A stretch of 62,547 nucleotides of DNA, the filler included, from Sphacelaria rigidula (Eukaryota), in the NCBI GenBank assembly GCA_964200075.2. It is 8 parts of 8 records of this genome, joined end to end, with 100 filler letters (N's around TTAATTAATTAA, not from the genome) between each part and the next. Parts side by side here need not be neighbours in the genome. Positions count along the whole stretch, not along the records: positions 46,988 to 54,717 come from CAXNAA020013645.1; positions 54,818 to 62,547 come from CAXNAA020013646.1; 6 more parts are not named here. The stretch is one strand, 5' to 3'. Both the position numbers and the translations under genes were made by a program. The notes below the pieces were generated by a model. It saw nothing but the letters and a program-made list of their open reading frames with translations. It was not told the DNA's origin and did not search any database. Below are positions 51,667 through 62,547 of the stretch, piece by piece (position 1 is the first letter of the stretch; each line of letters begins with the position of its first letter).

Positions 51667-53544
51667 AAATCTGGGAAGGCTCATCTAGGCCAGGGATAGG
51701 ACCCCCACACGATCTTTGCATTGACATAACACTAGACAACGATCCCAGCGCTGATCGTTCGGGCCTGGTCGAAAAGTTTCGACGTGATTGGGTAGTTCGC
51801 TCGAAGACTTATTTTTGGTCATTACATCACCACAGGGTCAACCCTATCTTAGTGGGAGGTCGGTCCCAACAGGGTTACGTTGCGCGTGTCTTGTGGATTG
51901 TCTGTGGTGATGAAGCCTTGGCCGGCCAATCGCGTAGTTTACAGAGGGACTATGTATCGCCTACACTGTTGTTGTATGGCACACTTGTATGATTATCATG
52001 TGTGTGACAAAGCGATTCTTGACCCTTTAGACCGCGGTGCGGGTAGTCCATCTGGATTACCAATACTTTTTTCAAGTGAAAAATGATGCCGATTCAGCAT
52101 GTCACCTTATCTCGGGGTCCAAGGCATTAGGGTCCAGAGATGATTATAAAGGGACAGGGCACTATTCCCGTGGTGCGGTGCATTTCCCTCCGTGCACTGT
52201 TGTAAAATCACACCTGTACACTACCCCCACGATCATAGCCTATGCGAGTGCTGGTGTACAGACCTATCCTGCGGGCGCACCTGCTTAACGCACCTGGTGC
52301 CTCGTTACTCGAAACGGTTGGATATGATAATGTGAGTCTAAAATAACCGTAATCATCATAATCATCGGAACACGAAATAGAGGTCATGATTCAATTGAGA
52401 AGGTTCAGAGAAAAAATCAAGTCTCCAAACCGAGGGCTGTGCCACACACCCTTTGACTGACACGCGCCCTTGCTCTACTTACGGGTTCGAGCAGCGGCCT
52501 ATACACGCGCGCAGGCTATCACGGCAGTACTGAATTGACGACGTCTTCTCCCGCTTTTCTCACTGTGGAGAGAACTCCGCTACGCATCGCTTGCGCCGGA
52601 AGCTGAGTTCATCTGCGTCTTCAAAGAACAAAAGTGAGAGTGAGGTTTTTCCACCTGGTTCAATGTTCCACTGCATTCTGTCAACGCGCTATACCCAGAA
52701 AGACATGCAAATCGCATCTTGGTCGCGCGAGAAGCACATCGCTGACTCTTAGAGTGGACCGGCTTTCCATGTGCGATACCATGTATCTCTTGGCGTGTTC
52801 TTTTCCATGATAGTAGACACTGAAGCATGCACCACGAGAAGGCCACGTCTCGTTGCCAGGGTTGTACGGTTGCGGCCAAGCATGCTCTGAAAGTTTTGTG
52901 GTGTTTCGGACAATCGTTTCGAACTGTCCGATGTCGGTTCAAGATCTCGGAAATTTCGGCCGCTTCCTGTTCATTCGGGGTACGGGTACAGTGAGTCCTA
53001 CCTCGTACCAAGATTGATGTGAGTGCCCTATACTTTATGTAGCTACCTCTAACCCGAAATTCACACCCAAGCCCCCGTAGTGTGCGCTGAGAGGGAATGC
53101 AATTGGGGGGACTGAGTTGATAGGGTGTACATCTGGCTAAGTGCGTTGACAGGGTGTGACATAATACCTACAGTAATGACGCGAGTGAAGAAGGCTATAC
53201 CACACTCCAGCCTGTGCTCTGTGCAGCCTCGCATGAGCTGGCGCAGCTGAGGAAGTATTGCAAGATTTTATCATACTAGCATAACATGCCCAGTACCAAT
53301 GTACCGCGCAGATATCGGAACGGCTTTTAATGTGAAGACAACAACAAGCATTAGTTTCGAGCACATCAAATATTTTGTCTTATGTACAGTACTCGGCGTG
53401 GAATTTGTGGATTTAGCAGAAGCCCTGCGCACAGGCAAATGTGGGGAAGGGGAGCATTTCCCCCCCAAATGCCGGCCACCCCGAGCGCTGTGGCAAACTG
53501 CAACGTCAAAGGAAAACGTCCCTGAATCACGCAGGGCGGATACT

Positions 53545-53886
53545 GACTGTTTGTTTTGTGTTGTATCTTATCGTCCTATCTATTCTGGACGCTGGTGATC
53601 TATAATCGGGTAATGTGGGCGCACCAGCCGCGGTCACACAGGAGGAAGGTCAACACAGGAGTTTATTTTTATTTTTTGTTTATTTGATGTAGTCCACCTT
53701 CGTTCGCGGTGCTTGCCTTTTGTTTTTTATCTCGACAGGGTTGCACCGAATACTGTGTACCCACGACATGGTCGCTCTCTACTGCAGGGCAGGGTGTGAG
53801 AAAAACCCCAGATCGCTCCGAGATTTGAACCCACGACCCAACCGTCAGAAGCGTCCCGAGGTTACCGACTGAGCCACCGGGGCGAC
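53545..53886 (-). mobile_element. tRNA-derived SINE, copy 2
   Basis: Head gtcgccccggtggctcagtcggtaacc...gggttcaaatc; same body as copy 1. Confidence 0.75.
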
Positions 53887-54648
53887 TGAAACGGGGAAAC
53901 AGAGGGAAATCACTGATGAAAAATGAAGAATGATGAGGCGTGATCTGCGCACAGGTTCCCAAATGAGGTAGTTCTGCACAGGGCGTCAAAAAGTCCGGAG
54001 GCTCGGTCTGCGCTCGCGCAGACCAGAGCCGGAGGCGATATGCGGTCCTCTGCAGGAGGCCCCCGGAAGTGCACCCGGAGGGCGCCGCCCCCTTAGGGCC
54101 CTCTCCGGAGGGGCCCCGCGGAGCGAAGAAAAAATCGGCCTTTCCTTTCGAAATACCCTCCAAAATCAGTCAAATAATGGTTTTAGTACGTGGTAAAACC
54201 TACTCCAAGTGGTTTGACGTTGTTTGACGCACAAAAATAGTACATTTAGAGAGTAATATGAACAAGGCGCGGGATGCTGTGCGTAAATGGACGAAAATTG
54301 TCCAGATGCTGCACATAAAAAGCCCCCCCAAAACATTTCGGCGCCTTCGGCGACAAGGAGGCCGCAGATTTTTTCCCGCCTCTGGCAAAATGCCTGCGGC
54401 GCCAATTTTTTTTTCTGCGGCAAGCCGCAAATTAGCCGGTCGGGACTCTGCGCTGCGCTCAACTTTTCCTAAATATCTGCGCTGCCGCAGCGCCGCAGGC
54501 ACTTTTTGATGCCTTGGTTCTGCAATTCTGGAGGTGGTCATTGATTCACCGTCTCTGTTGAATGATTGATTGATTTCTCGCGTTCGGAAAAATGGGGCGG
54601 TGGCATCGGTTTGAGTGAAAATTTTAGTCGGGCCCAGATGTAGTAGGC

Positions 54649-54717
54649 TGGTCGCCCCGGTGGCTCAGTTGGTAACCTCGTAACCTTCTGATAGTTTAGT
54701 TGTGGGGTTCGATTCCC
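54649..54717 (+). mobile_element. tRNA-derived SINE head, copy 3, cut by the contig end
   Basis: A box TGGCTCAGTTGG (54661-54672) and B box GGTTCGATTCC (54706-54716). Confidence 0.7.
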
Positions 54718-57081
54718 NNNNNNNNNNNNNNNNNNNNNNNNNNNNNNNNNNNNNNNNNNNNTTAATTAATTAANNNNNNNNNNNNNNNNNNNNNNNNNNN
54801 NNNNNNNNNNNNNNNNNCTCGAGCGCACGAGTCATGCTCGTTGTGTTTTCGAAGAACATCCACGAGTGCACTCGTCTCAACGAGTGATGACTCGTCCGAC
54901 GCATGAAGAAATTACGGATTCTGCATACTCCTGACGCTGACTACTGTAGGGTTGACGCACGTCAGCCGAAATCCTTCAAGAAAAGCTCAGGGGAATACGC
55001 CATCATTGATTGATTTATTGTCAGGCACTGACTGATCCCTGACGGATCCGTGCCGGGGTCACAAGGTGGAAGTACTTATGGTAAAACAAAGTGGAAACAA
55101 TCGCTGAAGGAGACTCGAGAAAGGGAGAATATGAAGAAAGGTGAAACAAATGGAGAAAACTGAGTAAAAAGGCGACACAAAACAAAACAGAAACGAAATC
55201 ATAGTGGTCTATGACTACGGTCACGAGAAACAACTACCGACTCTTAATTCCATGAATCCAATGGACTGCTTAGACCCGCCGTCAGAGAACCAAGAACAAA
55301 AAGCTACGAGAAGAAATGAAGTCAAGCATCTTACATTCAACACCCCGGTCTCATCGGGTCCGACATGCCGTAGAAAACGACCGGGAACCCTCTCGCCCCA
55401 ACCAAGTACTAGGGACCCAACAAGAGTATAGGGCATTCGTGCAACACGCAGGTACGGAGGTGAAACTCAGCAGAATTTAGCGATTTTGTGCCAAATGTGA
55501 AAGTGGGTCTCTCCACTATATCTCATACTGTACGAAGTACAGTGGTGGACACATCTAGTGAAACAAGCAACACAACAAACATCTATTTAACTGTACAAGG
55601 TGGATGTAGGCAACGATATACTTCGCCGCCGTTGAGAACATGATGCCGATATTTTGCTTCTCAACGATCATCGTTACTCGTACGTGTACGACAACAACCA
55701 CCGCGTACATGGCCCGTAACCCAGGGCATCCTTGAATCGGTCACTAGATCCCGGCACCTCTTGAGCGTAATACATTCACGTTCAGCCCTCGAGCCGCGCT
55801 CAGTCATGAGTTGACTTGTTTGCCTCCTGCACTGGCGCCAACGCTTGGTACCAATGGCTTCGAATGATCCAGCATCTCTTGTCGCTTCGGCACTGGAGGT
55901 GTGTAGACAACAATCCCCCGCTTGAGAGGACAGTTGAGGCTTTGGCAGTGATTCATGGCGTCCGTTGACGACCTTGACCTTGCGAATTGGTAAAAATGCA
56001 GTGCGGGTACGAACTGTTGGTAAAATTGTTTTTCAAAGGTAACAAGATTCACCTCCCGTAGAAAACAGTCGCACGCGTGGGGGGGGGGGGGGACTACGGT
56101 ATAGTGTGGGCCTAACGGTTGAGCAACCGCCTGAAAATACAAGGGATCAAGCTAGGGAGTCAGAAGTCATACCTGCCTATCTCCCCAAGCGCGGAACTGT
56201 TGAGTGTCCGACAATTACAGCAAAGATGATTCAAATTTCATTCGAGGAAACGTAGGACTTGATCGGGGGTAGATCCTCGCCGCACAAAAACTGTGTGAAC
56301 CCTTGGTAACGTCTGTACGCACGCTCCACCACAGTTGTGCGCACCCTTTAACCGTTCTGCCGGCCGAAATGTATACAAACACCAAGAACTAATCATCGCT
56401 GCGGCGGACAGTGGATATCCATCGTAGACTTCTTTCTGGACGAAGCGAGTTTCCTCGGCTTTTCCGGTGATCCTCTCACTAATCGACCTGCAGTAAGACT
56501 ATACGCTAGTGGATGCACCACTGACGTCAATCCGGGCCATGACGGGACTACGAAGAAAGCGGGTAATTCCGCTCATCACCGTGCCACCATATAGCGAGTG
56601 CACCCATTATTCTCGTTGATTTTGACGATCGATGTTGGTAGGGGTCGGCGTCCATGTCCTTTGTCGGTGCACAGAAGACAGTTTGTGTGCAATGAGAAAT
56701 GGACAGTACGCGCGTTTGCGGATAAGACGGTGGATTTCAGCGACTAAGAATCATGACATTTTTTATAAGGACGTGTTTTCACGGGTGCGGGTGAAGGAGT
56801 TGCGCTGAAGCTGAAATCTCCATGTTTCGTCAATGGGTTTGTGCAATACGTGAAGCACAGCGCAGTCAGACCTGCTCGGCAGCGTACTTTTGAATGGCTG
56901 ACGACATCTGTGTGTATTGGCAAAGCGTCATCCCCGAACACGTGCTGATGAAACATATTCGAACAGGTCATTTCCCTGTGAGCTGCACACACAACCCCTC
57001 CCTTCGTCCCATCTGTAAGCCCCACGCCCAGCTGGACTCCCTCGCACACGTAGATTATTGCTACGAGCTGGGCCAGCTCAA

Positions 57082-57179
57082 CCCTTAGACAGCGAGAGTA
57101 GGTCATCTGTTGAATCGACATCAATTTGACTTGAAAAAAGTATGCATGGTCCAGATGGACTACCGTCGCGGTCTGAGGG
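57082..57179. mobile_element. 98-bp piggyBac-like MITE copy
   Basis: TCAA|CCCTTAGAC...GTCTGAGGG|TTAA; inverted homologue of 6523-6620. Confidence 0.75.
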
Positions 57180-57964
57180 TTAAAAGGGGCTAGAAGTTGC
57201 CCATACCACAGCTTTCCCAGTGTCCCGAATGAACCCGATGTAAGCACATCACTGTGAACTGCAGGCCCACCTGATGACGAAGGACTGCGTCGCTGTTCGA
57301 ATGGCGTCGTGTTGCCGATGACGTTATTGTACTGCATAGAGTACGGGGTGCGTCTGATATCGTTGGGCGATAGCGTGTCGGAGTGAATATTTTTTCAATG
57401 CGGTGGGTTTACGTCAGCAATCACCCCCCACTGGGTATGTGTGGGATGCAGCAGCGTCACGCAAAACGTTGCACGCACGGCCCAACTCGACGACTCTTGA
57501 GCTGAAATTTTACGAAGACCTTCTGCACCCAAGGAAATGACACATCCCGGGAGCAGCTGCAGATTCTCATTTTTCCTGGACTCAAGGAGTTATCTTGTTT
57601 TTGCTGAAATTTCAAATCCCCATAACTCCCTTTCTTTTTATTTCGTTGCTGCTCTCGGCGTGTTTCATTTCCTTGGGCTTTAACGAAGACTTCAAGGGTT
57701 GCGCTGACCATCCGAGGGGAGTTTCTTGCTGTCTGTGGGCGCGATAGAGAGTGATGAGGTGAAATTAAACTACGCACTTTCGATTTAACAGATCGACGAG
57801 GCCGGTGCGCCGAAAATCCCTCACGTTTTCGGCAGGATCCATATCTCTTTTCCTTTGTCAAAATTCAAGATCGGATGTAAGGCATTTTCGACATCAGAAA
57901 CCGACTGCAAAAAAAACGGTCTGAGACTGCTCCTAACGGTATTTTTTGTTTGATGTAAAAGTTT

Positions 57965-58345
57965 ATTTTTGAAGCCTTTTCACGTTGTTTTACGCCCCAA
58001 AAGGGGACTAGGCGGAGTTCGACAACATGGAATGACTTGCTCTACTCGTGGAGACGGTTCCAAGACACCTCCGCGTTTTCCGGTAGTCGCAATTTTTTCT
58101 TGACCCAACATGCATTTTTGTCCAAGAACGGTGAGGAATCGTCAAACCTAGAAAAAAACAGCGACCAATTTTCTCTGGGCTTGACCGTCTCTGGACAAAA
58201 AAGCTTGTTCGGGCAAAAACTGCGGTCTCCAGAAATCGCAGAGATGTCCTGGAACGGTCTCCACGAGTAGAGCAAGTTATTTGAAGGTGTCAAAACCCGC
58301 TTAGCTCCCTTTTAGGACGTGAAACGACGTAGAAGCTCCAAAAAA
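57965..58345. mobile_element. Palindromic MITE; a second family member spans ~58436-60285 and is split by the Tc1-type element
   Basis: gaagccttttcacgttgttttacgcc...cttgctctactcgtggagac is mirrored by gtctccacgagtagagcaag...gacgtgaaacgacgtagaagctcc. Confidence 0.75.
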
Positions 58346-58778
58346 AGTGCTTTTGCAGGATTCTGTTTTTCTCTGACAGAAGGCCGCTCCTTATGGCGGA
58401 CAAAAATAAATACGAAGTATGTAGAAAAGTGCCTATTTGAAGCTTTTACGTCGTTTTACGCCCCAAAAGAAAGCTGGGCGGATTTGACACCTCGAAATGC
58501 CTCGCTGTACTTGTTGACAAGATTCCAGCACACCTGTGCGTTTTTCCGGTGGTCCCACTTTTTTTTGGCCAACCTTGTTTTTTTTTCGGAGACCGATCAA
58601 GTCCAGGCAAATCTCGGATATTTTTTTTACTTAGCGGTTCTCCGAAGAAAATGAGAGGTCTTCGAGAGAATACAAGTATGGGTAAGAAAAAAACTGCGGT
58701 CACCGGTAAAGCGCACAGGTGTACTTCAACAGTCTCAATGAGTACAGCAAGGCATTCCAAGGTGTTAAAATCCGCCTA

Positions 58779-60242
58779 CAGGTCGGTTCACGGTGATCAC
58801 CCAAAATTGTGTCATCAGCAAATGCCTTCCGCAATACGCATCCAGTAGTCGCATATATGGTATCATACTGACGGCAATGAAGAGACGAAGAGGGTGACAT
58901 AGCCGAATTTTCGTTCAAGGCTGTAGCGGTGGCGCTATGGACAAAAATGTGTCTCAGCCAATCAGCGCCCTCCAAGCTGTTCCGGGATCTATATTAAGAA
59001 TACCAAGCCCAATTTTCACCCAATCTCTACACGCCTCAACTTGTAGTAACCGTCATCGACACGGGAATCTAACGAGAAAATTATATTTTAAAACGGTTAC
59101 TACGGGGGTCAAAGTACACCCGAAACCGTGATGTTTCGGTGATGTCGGGTGCTGGCGTCGTCTAATTCCACTAATGATACGCACGAAAGACCCAGGGAGC
59201 CTCGTGACAGTGTCCCCTACATCTGTCGTAGAAAAGCTCAGATCGCCCTCAAACTCGGCAGTTCCGTAGGTATTGATGCTCAAGATGGAAAAATTGTAAT
59301 CTTGACAATATATCATGGTTTCTCCGTTCTCTACGGGCTTCCGGGGGTCCCAGCATGAAGACCCCCGGAAGGCGGTACAGAATGCCCTAAAAGAAAATTA
59401 ATGAAATGATGCGTCGCGGGAGAGTCCAAGGAACACATGTACAAAGTTTGGTAGAGAAACTCGAAAATCTCATACAGTTTTTCTTGCCTTGACGTCAAAT
59501 TCACCCCAAAAGACGTTTCCATACTAAAACCAAGTAGTGAGGGGTTGCACGTTTGAAGCCCACGTCCTCCCCAAATGCGCAAACTTCACGCTGTCATTAG
59601 GAGTTAGATCCTGAAACTTCGCAACATATGCTATGTATCATTACGCAACTTTCTACGGACGATGCTCTCTGTACTTCTTGAGTTTTTCACCGTTTTTCAA
59701 AGTAGTCTCCATTCTGGGACTCCAGAAAAACGGCACTGCGATATTTTTCTTCATTTCTTCATTTCTTCGCAAACAACCTGCCTCCGCGAAACCCAAGGAT
59801 GGGCTCCACAAATTTTCGTCGCAAAACTCGATCAACTGATGCTTGAATTTTCATGTTCAAGTAAAGAAAGACCCAAAAATGCCGGTTTGGTACTAAAATG
59901 AAGTAGTTAGCGGTTTCACCGCGGTACGGCAAACTTCATCGCACACATGCCAAAAACTTCACGCCGTTTTAAGGAGTTAGACCCTGAAATTTTGCACAGC
60001 TGTGCTTTGGGACATTATGAAACTTTGCAGGAACGGGGTTTTTCGATTTTTCCTTTTGTTATCGTTTTGCGGGGGTCCGATTGGGTCGAGGTTTCCCCCC
60101 CAAAACTGGGACCCCCGAATAACGGTGAAAAAAAAAAGTCGAAAAACCCCGTTCCAGCAAGGTTGCGTAGTGACCCGTAGAACATTCGTACAAGAAATTT
60201 TGCCGATGAGTGTTTTTTGGGTGATGTGCGTGAACCAGCCTG
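58779..60242. mobile_element. Non-autonomous Tc1/mariner-type element, copy 3 (inverted relative to copy 1)
   Basis: TA|CAGGTCGGTTCACG...CGTGAACCAGCCTG|TA; the body is the reverse complement of 24815-26416. Confidence 0.85.
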
Positions 60243-60687
60243 TAGCTCTCTTTCAGGGCGTAAAACGGCGTGGAAGTTCCAAAAAGTCACTTCTGTAGAT
60301 ATTTGCTCTTTTCCGCCATAGTGGCAGTCATCGATCTCGATTTGTACGGAGATCGGGAGACCTCAGATCGGGAAACGCATTTTACGGACCCCAATCTAGG
60401 CCAAATCAGGGAAGCGAAAAGCGAGATGTCACGATTTGAGAACGACTGTTCCCGACTTTTCGCAAAAATCGGGGAAGACTTGAGGCCCCCCCCATTTTGA
60501 AGGCGAGGTACGTACATTGACGTACGATGGTAGGGTAAAAGGTGTGTGATGTTTATAAAACAGTACGCAATCCAAGCACACACACAAGCCGCGTCGGACC
60601 GTCTGATGGACCGTACCGGCATGCACCAGATATAAGACGAAGTAAGCTCCTTGCATTACTCGTGGTGTGCGCGGAGTCAGACAAAAT

Positions 60688-61136
60688 TGAGCAACACGAA
60701 TGACGAGAAAGAAGAAGAGGCCGTGTTCGCTGAGGCTGAGAACGGAGAAGAACGGGCTGTCGAACTGATCATGCGGATGGTTGCATATGCGATGCGCCAG
60801 AAGAGAAGCCATCAGATGAGGAGCATGGAGAAGTGGGGCTGCAGCACTGGGTAGCATGTTTGAAGCAGACGACGAAGACAGCGAAGGTGGTGGTCGGAGA
60901 GCACCGTGCACCGTCTATCCCCCGCTCATCTTATGAAGACTTAGCTTGGGCCAAAATGCTTCGGAACCCAGCGGTCGCGGATCTCGCATCGCGAGAGGCC
61001 AAGCTGTCCACACGCCGTTTTCGCGTGCTATACGAATTTTTCTTTCAGATCATTCATCTTGCACAGGAGCGAGGATGGTTCTCGTCGAGGGTTACGGACC
61101 TGTCCGAGCGGCCGTGCATTCCCGTGAACCTGGAGG
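60688..61136 (+). pseudogene. PIF/Harbinger transposase N-terminal fragment
   Basis: Acidic N-terminus, then YEDLAWAKMLRNPAVADLASREAKLSTRRFRVLYEFFFQIIHLAQERGWF...DLSERPCIPVNLE. This fits the recalled PIF/Harbinger pattern AKxFRRRFRxPxxxF...GRPxIPxELK. Followed by a GTATT donor; no DDE core seen. Confidence 0.7.
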
Positions 61137-61864
61137 TATTTGTGGTGTGCGCATAGGAGAGCAGTTGCCCACTGGTGCAGGGTTCACAGGGATCTTACGC
61201 AGCGCGCAGCAAATATCTCTGCGCTGTACACACATACATTTTCAAAAGCATGCTGTATGCTAAACACACTGCACTGTACAATCTAGTTATATTCTCCACA
61301 CGACTGAGTGTAGACTGCTTTGGGTATAAACACGATGAACATGGCCCTCACCATCGTTGAGGGTTGTGCGGCCCATCATTTCTGCGGTCAACCAAGGGGG
61401 AGAGAAGTTGTAGTCGTCCTTGAAGAACTTCAAGAATGCGGGCACCACGACAACCTTGTAGCTTCGTGCCCATTCTTTGCTTCTCTCGTCCGCGGATATG
61501 GGCTTGACCTGACGGATCCCCGCCCTTGTGTACCTGATGGCTACGTCTTGTAGCGTCCTGACGACTGCTCACGATGACATTGTGAGGTTTTGTGCACGAC
61601 GACGACGCCAGAAGTTTCATGGCCCACAACAGCTGCTTCTCGGTGCTTTCGCTCATGTTCAGCATGAGTGTGTGGAACACTGTGTTTTTGGAGCGGTGGA
61701 ATGGGCGTTGAAGGTGTTGTTCGTCGACTGATGCAGAGTGAGGTTGTGGGGCACTGTGGGGCTGAAGCGTGCGCGATTTTCATGAAAATTGAAGTATAAC
61801 ACGTCTTCACCCCTTCCAGAGCATGACCTTCGCTGTAGAAAATTGCACACGTCGGACAAACAAG

Positions 61865-62445
61865 AGTGAGACTCGAGGCACTCGCACTCGTTGGGCTGCT
61901 CATTGGCCGTAAAAAACAAGAGGGCGAGCACTCGAGTCAGTGCTAGTTGTGAAAAAAATTAATAGGTCGAGCACTCGAGCCATTGCTCGTTGTGGAAAAA
62001 ATTAGCAGGGCAAGCACTCGAGTCATTGCTCGTGATAAAAGACTTGAGTGGAGGAGTCAGCAATTCGACGAGCAAATAATTGTAACGAGCTCTTCGAAGA
62101 TCTTGGACCCACAATCTTCAAATTCATATGCATATCTGCACATGTACAAGCGTCAAGCTCCAAAGGTCGTTTTCATTTTATCCAAGCCCCCCACCCTCCA
62201 CAGATCAGAGTTACAATAAAGCGGCGGAGAGTATATCTCGAGTAGTACATTTACATTCACGTTCAATAGGAGTGTCGTTTGGTGCCGACCGATGAGCAAC
62301 CCCTCTTCTATGGGTAAAGATGCTGGCGAATCAGCAACAGGACGAGCACGAGTGTGACTCGTGGCACTCGCACAAGCTGAGCTGCATACTCGTTGTGGAA
62401 AAAATTACAAGGGCGAGCACTCGAGTCATTGCTCGTTGTAAAGGA
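61865..62445. repeat. Subterminal-type repeats gcactcgagtcattgctcgttgt
   Basis: At least five copies at ~61927, 61970, 62014, 62345 and 62416; a similar motif occurs at 54818-54900. Confidence 0.65.
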
Positions 62446-62547
62446 AAGTGATGGCGCGTCCGACGTGTGGAAAATTGCCCCTATACGAGCTGGGCCAGCC
62501 TAAAAACGGATTTAAGCTCTAAAAGCAATATCTCATCGACACAGACA

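Noticed and set aside
52700..52800. Tyrosine-recombinase-like TLRVSDVLL on the minus strand
   Set aside because: Single short motif; no HxxR or Tyr box in frame.
54649..54717. Genuine tRNA gene
   Set aside because: Matches the heads of two nearby SINE copies, has a poor anticodon stem and is truncated.

Overview
Eukaryotic, repeat-rich DNA, most likely from a brown alga (Phaeophyceae/stramenopile). This is inferred from the gene families, GT-AG intron structure and repeat types. The window is not one locus. It is eight contigs of 7730-7732 bp in decreasing size order, joined by artificial N44-TTAATTAATTAA-N44 spacers, so synteny across spacers is meaningless. Supported host genes: (1) a two-exon Zn(II)2Cys6 zinc-cluster transcription factor with a long poly-Q tract (minus strand, join 6085-6012, 5553-2769); (2) five consecutive phase-0 exons of a giant stramenopile titin-like surface protein (minus, 32110-37719); (3) one isolated exon of a coiled-coil protein (minus, 19045-19171). 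The rest is mostly mobile DNA: a decayed LINE reverse transcriptase, IS630/Tc1 and PIF/Harbinger transposase relics, tRNA-derived SINEs, a TA-flanked 1.5-2 kb TIR family in three contigs, a 98-bp TTAA-flanked MITE family, and many other MITEs and minisatellites. I found no CRISPR array, prokaryotic operon or convincingly new system. The best leads are the phase-0 modular gene, the intron-split zinc cluster, the nested transposons and some short-intron genes I could not identify.
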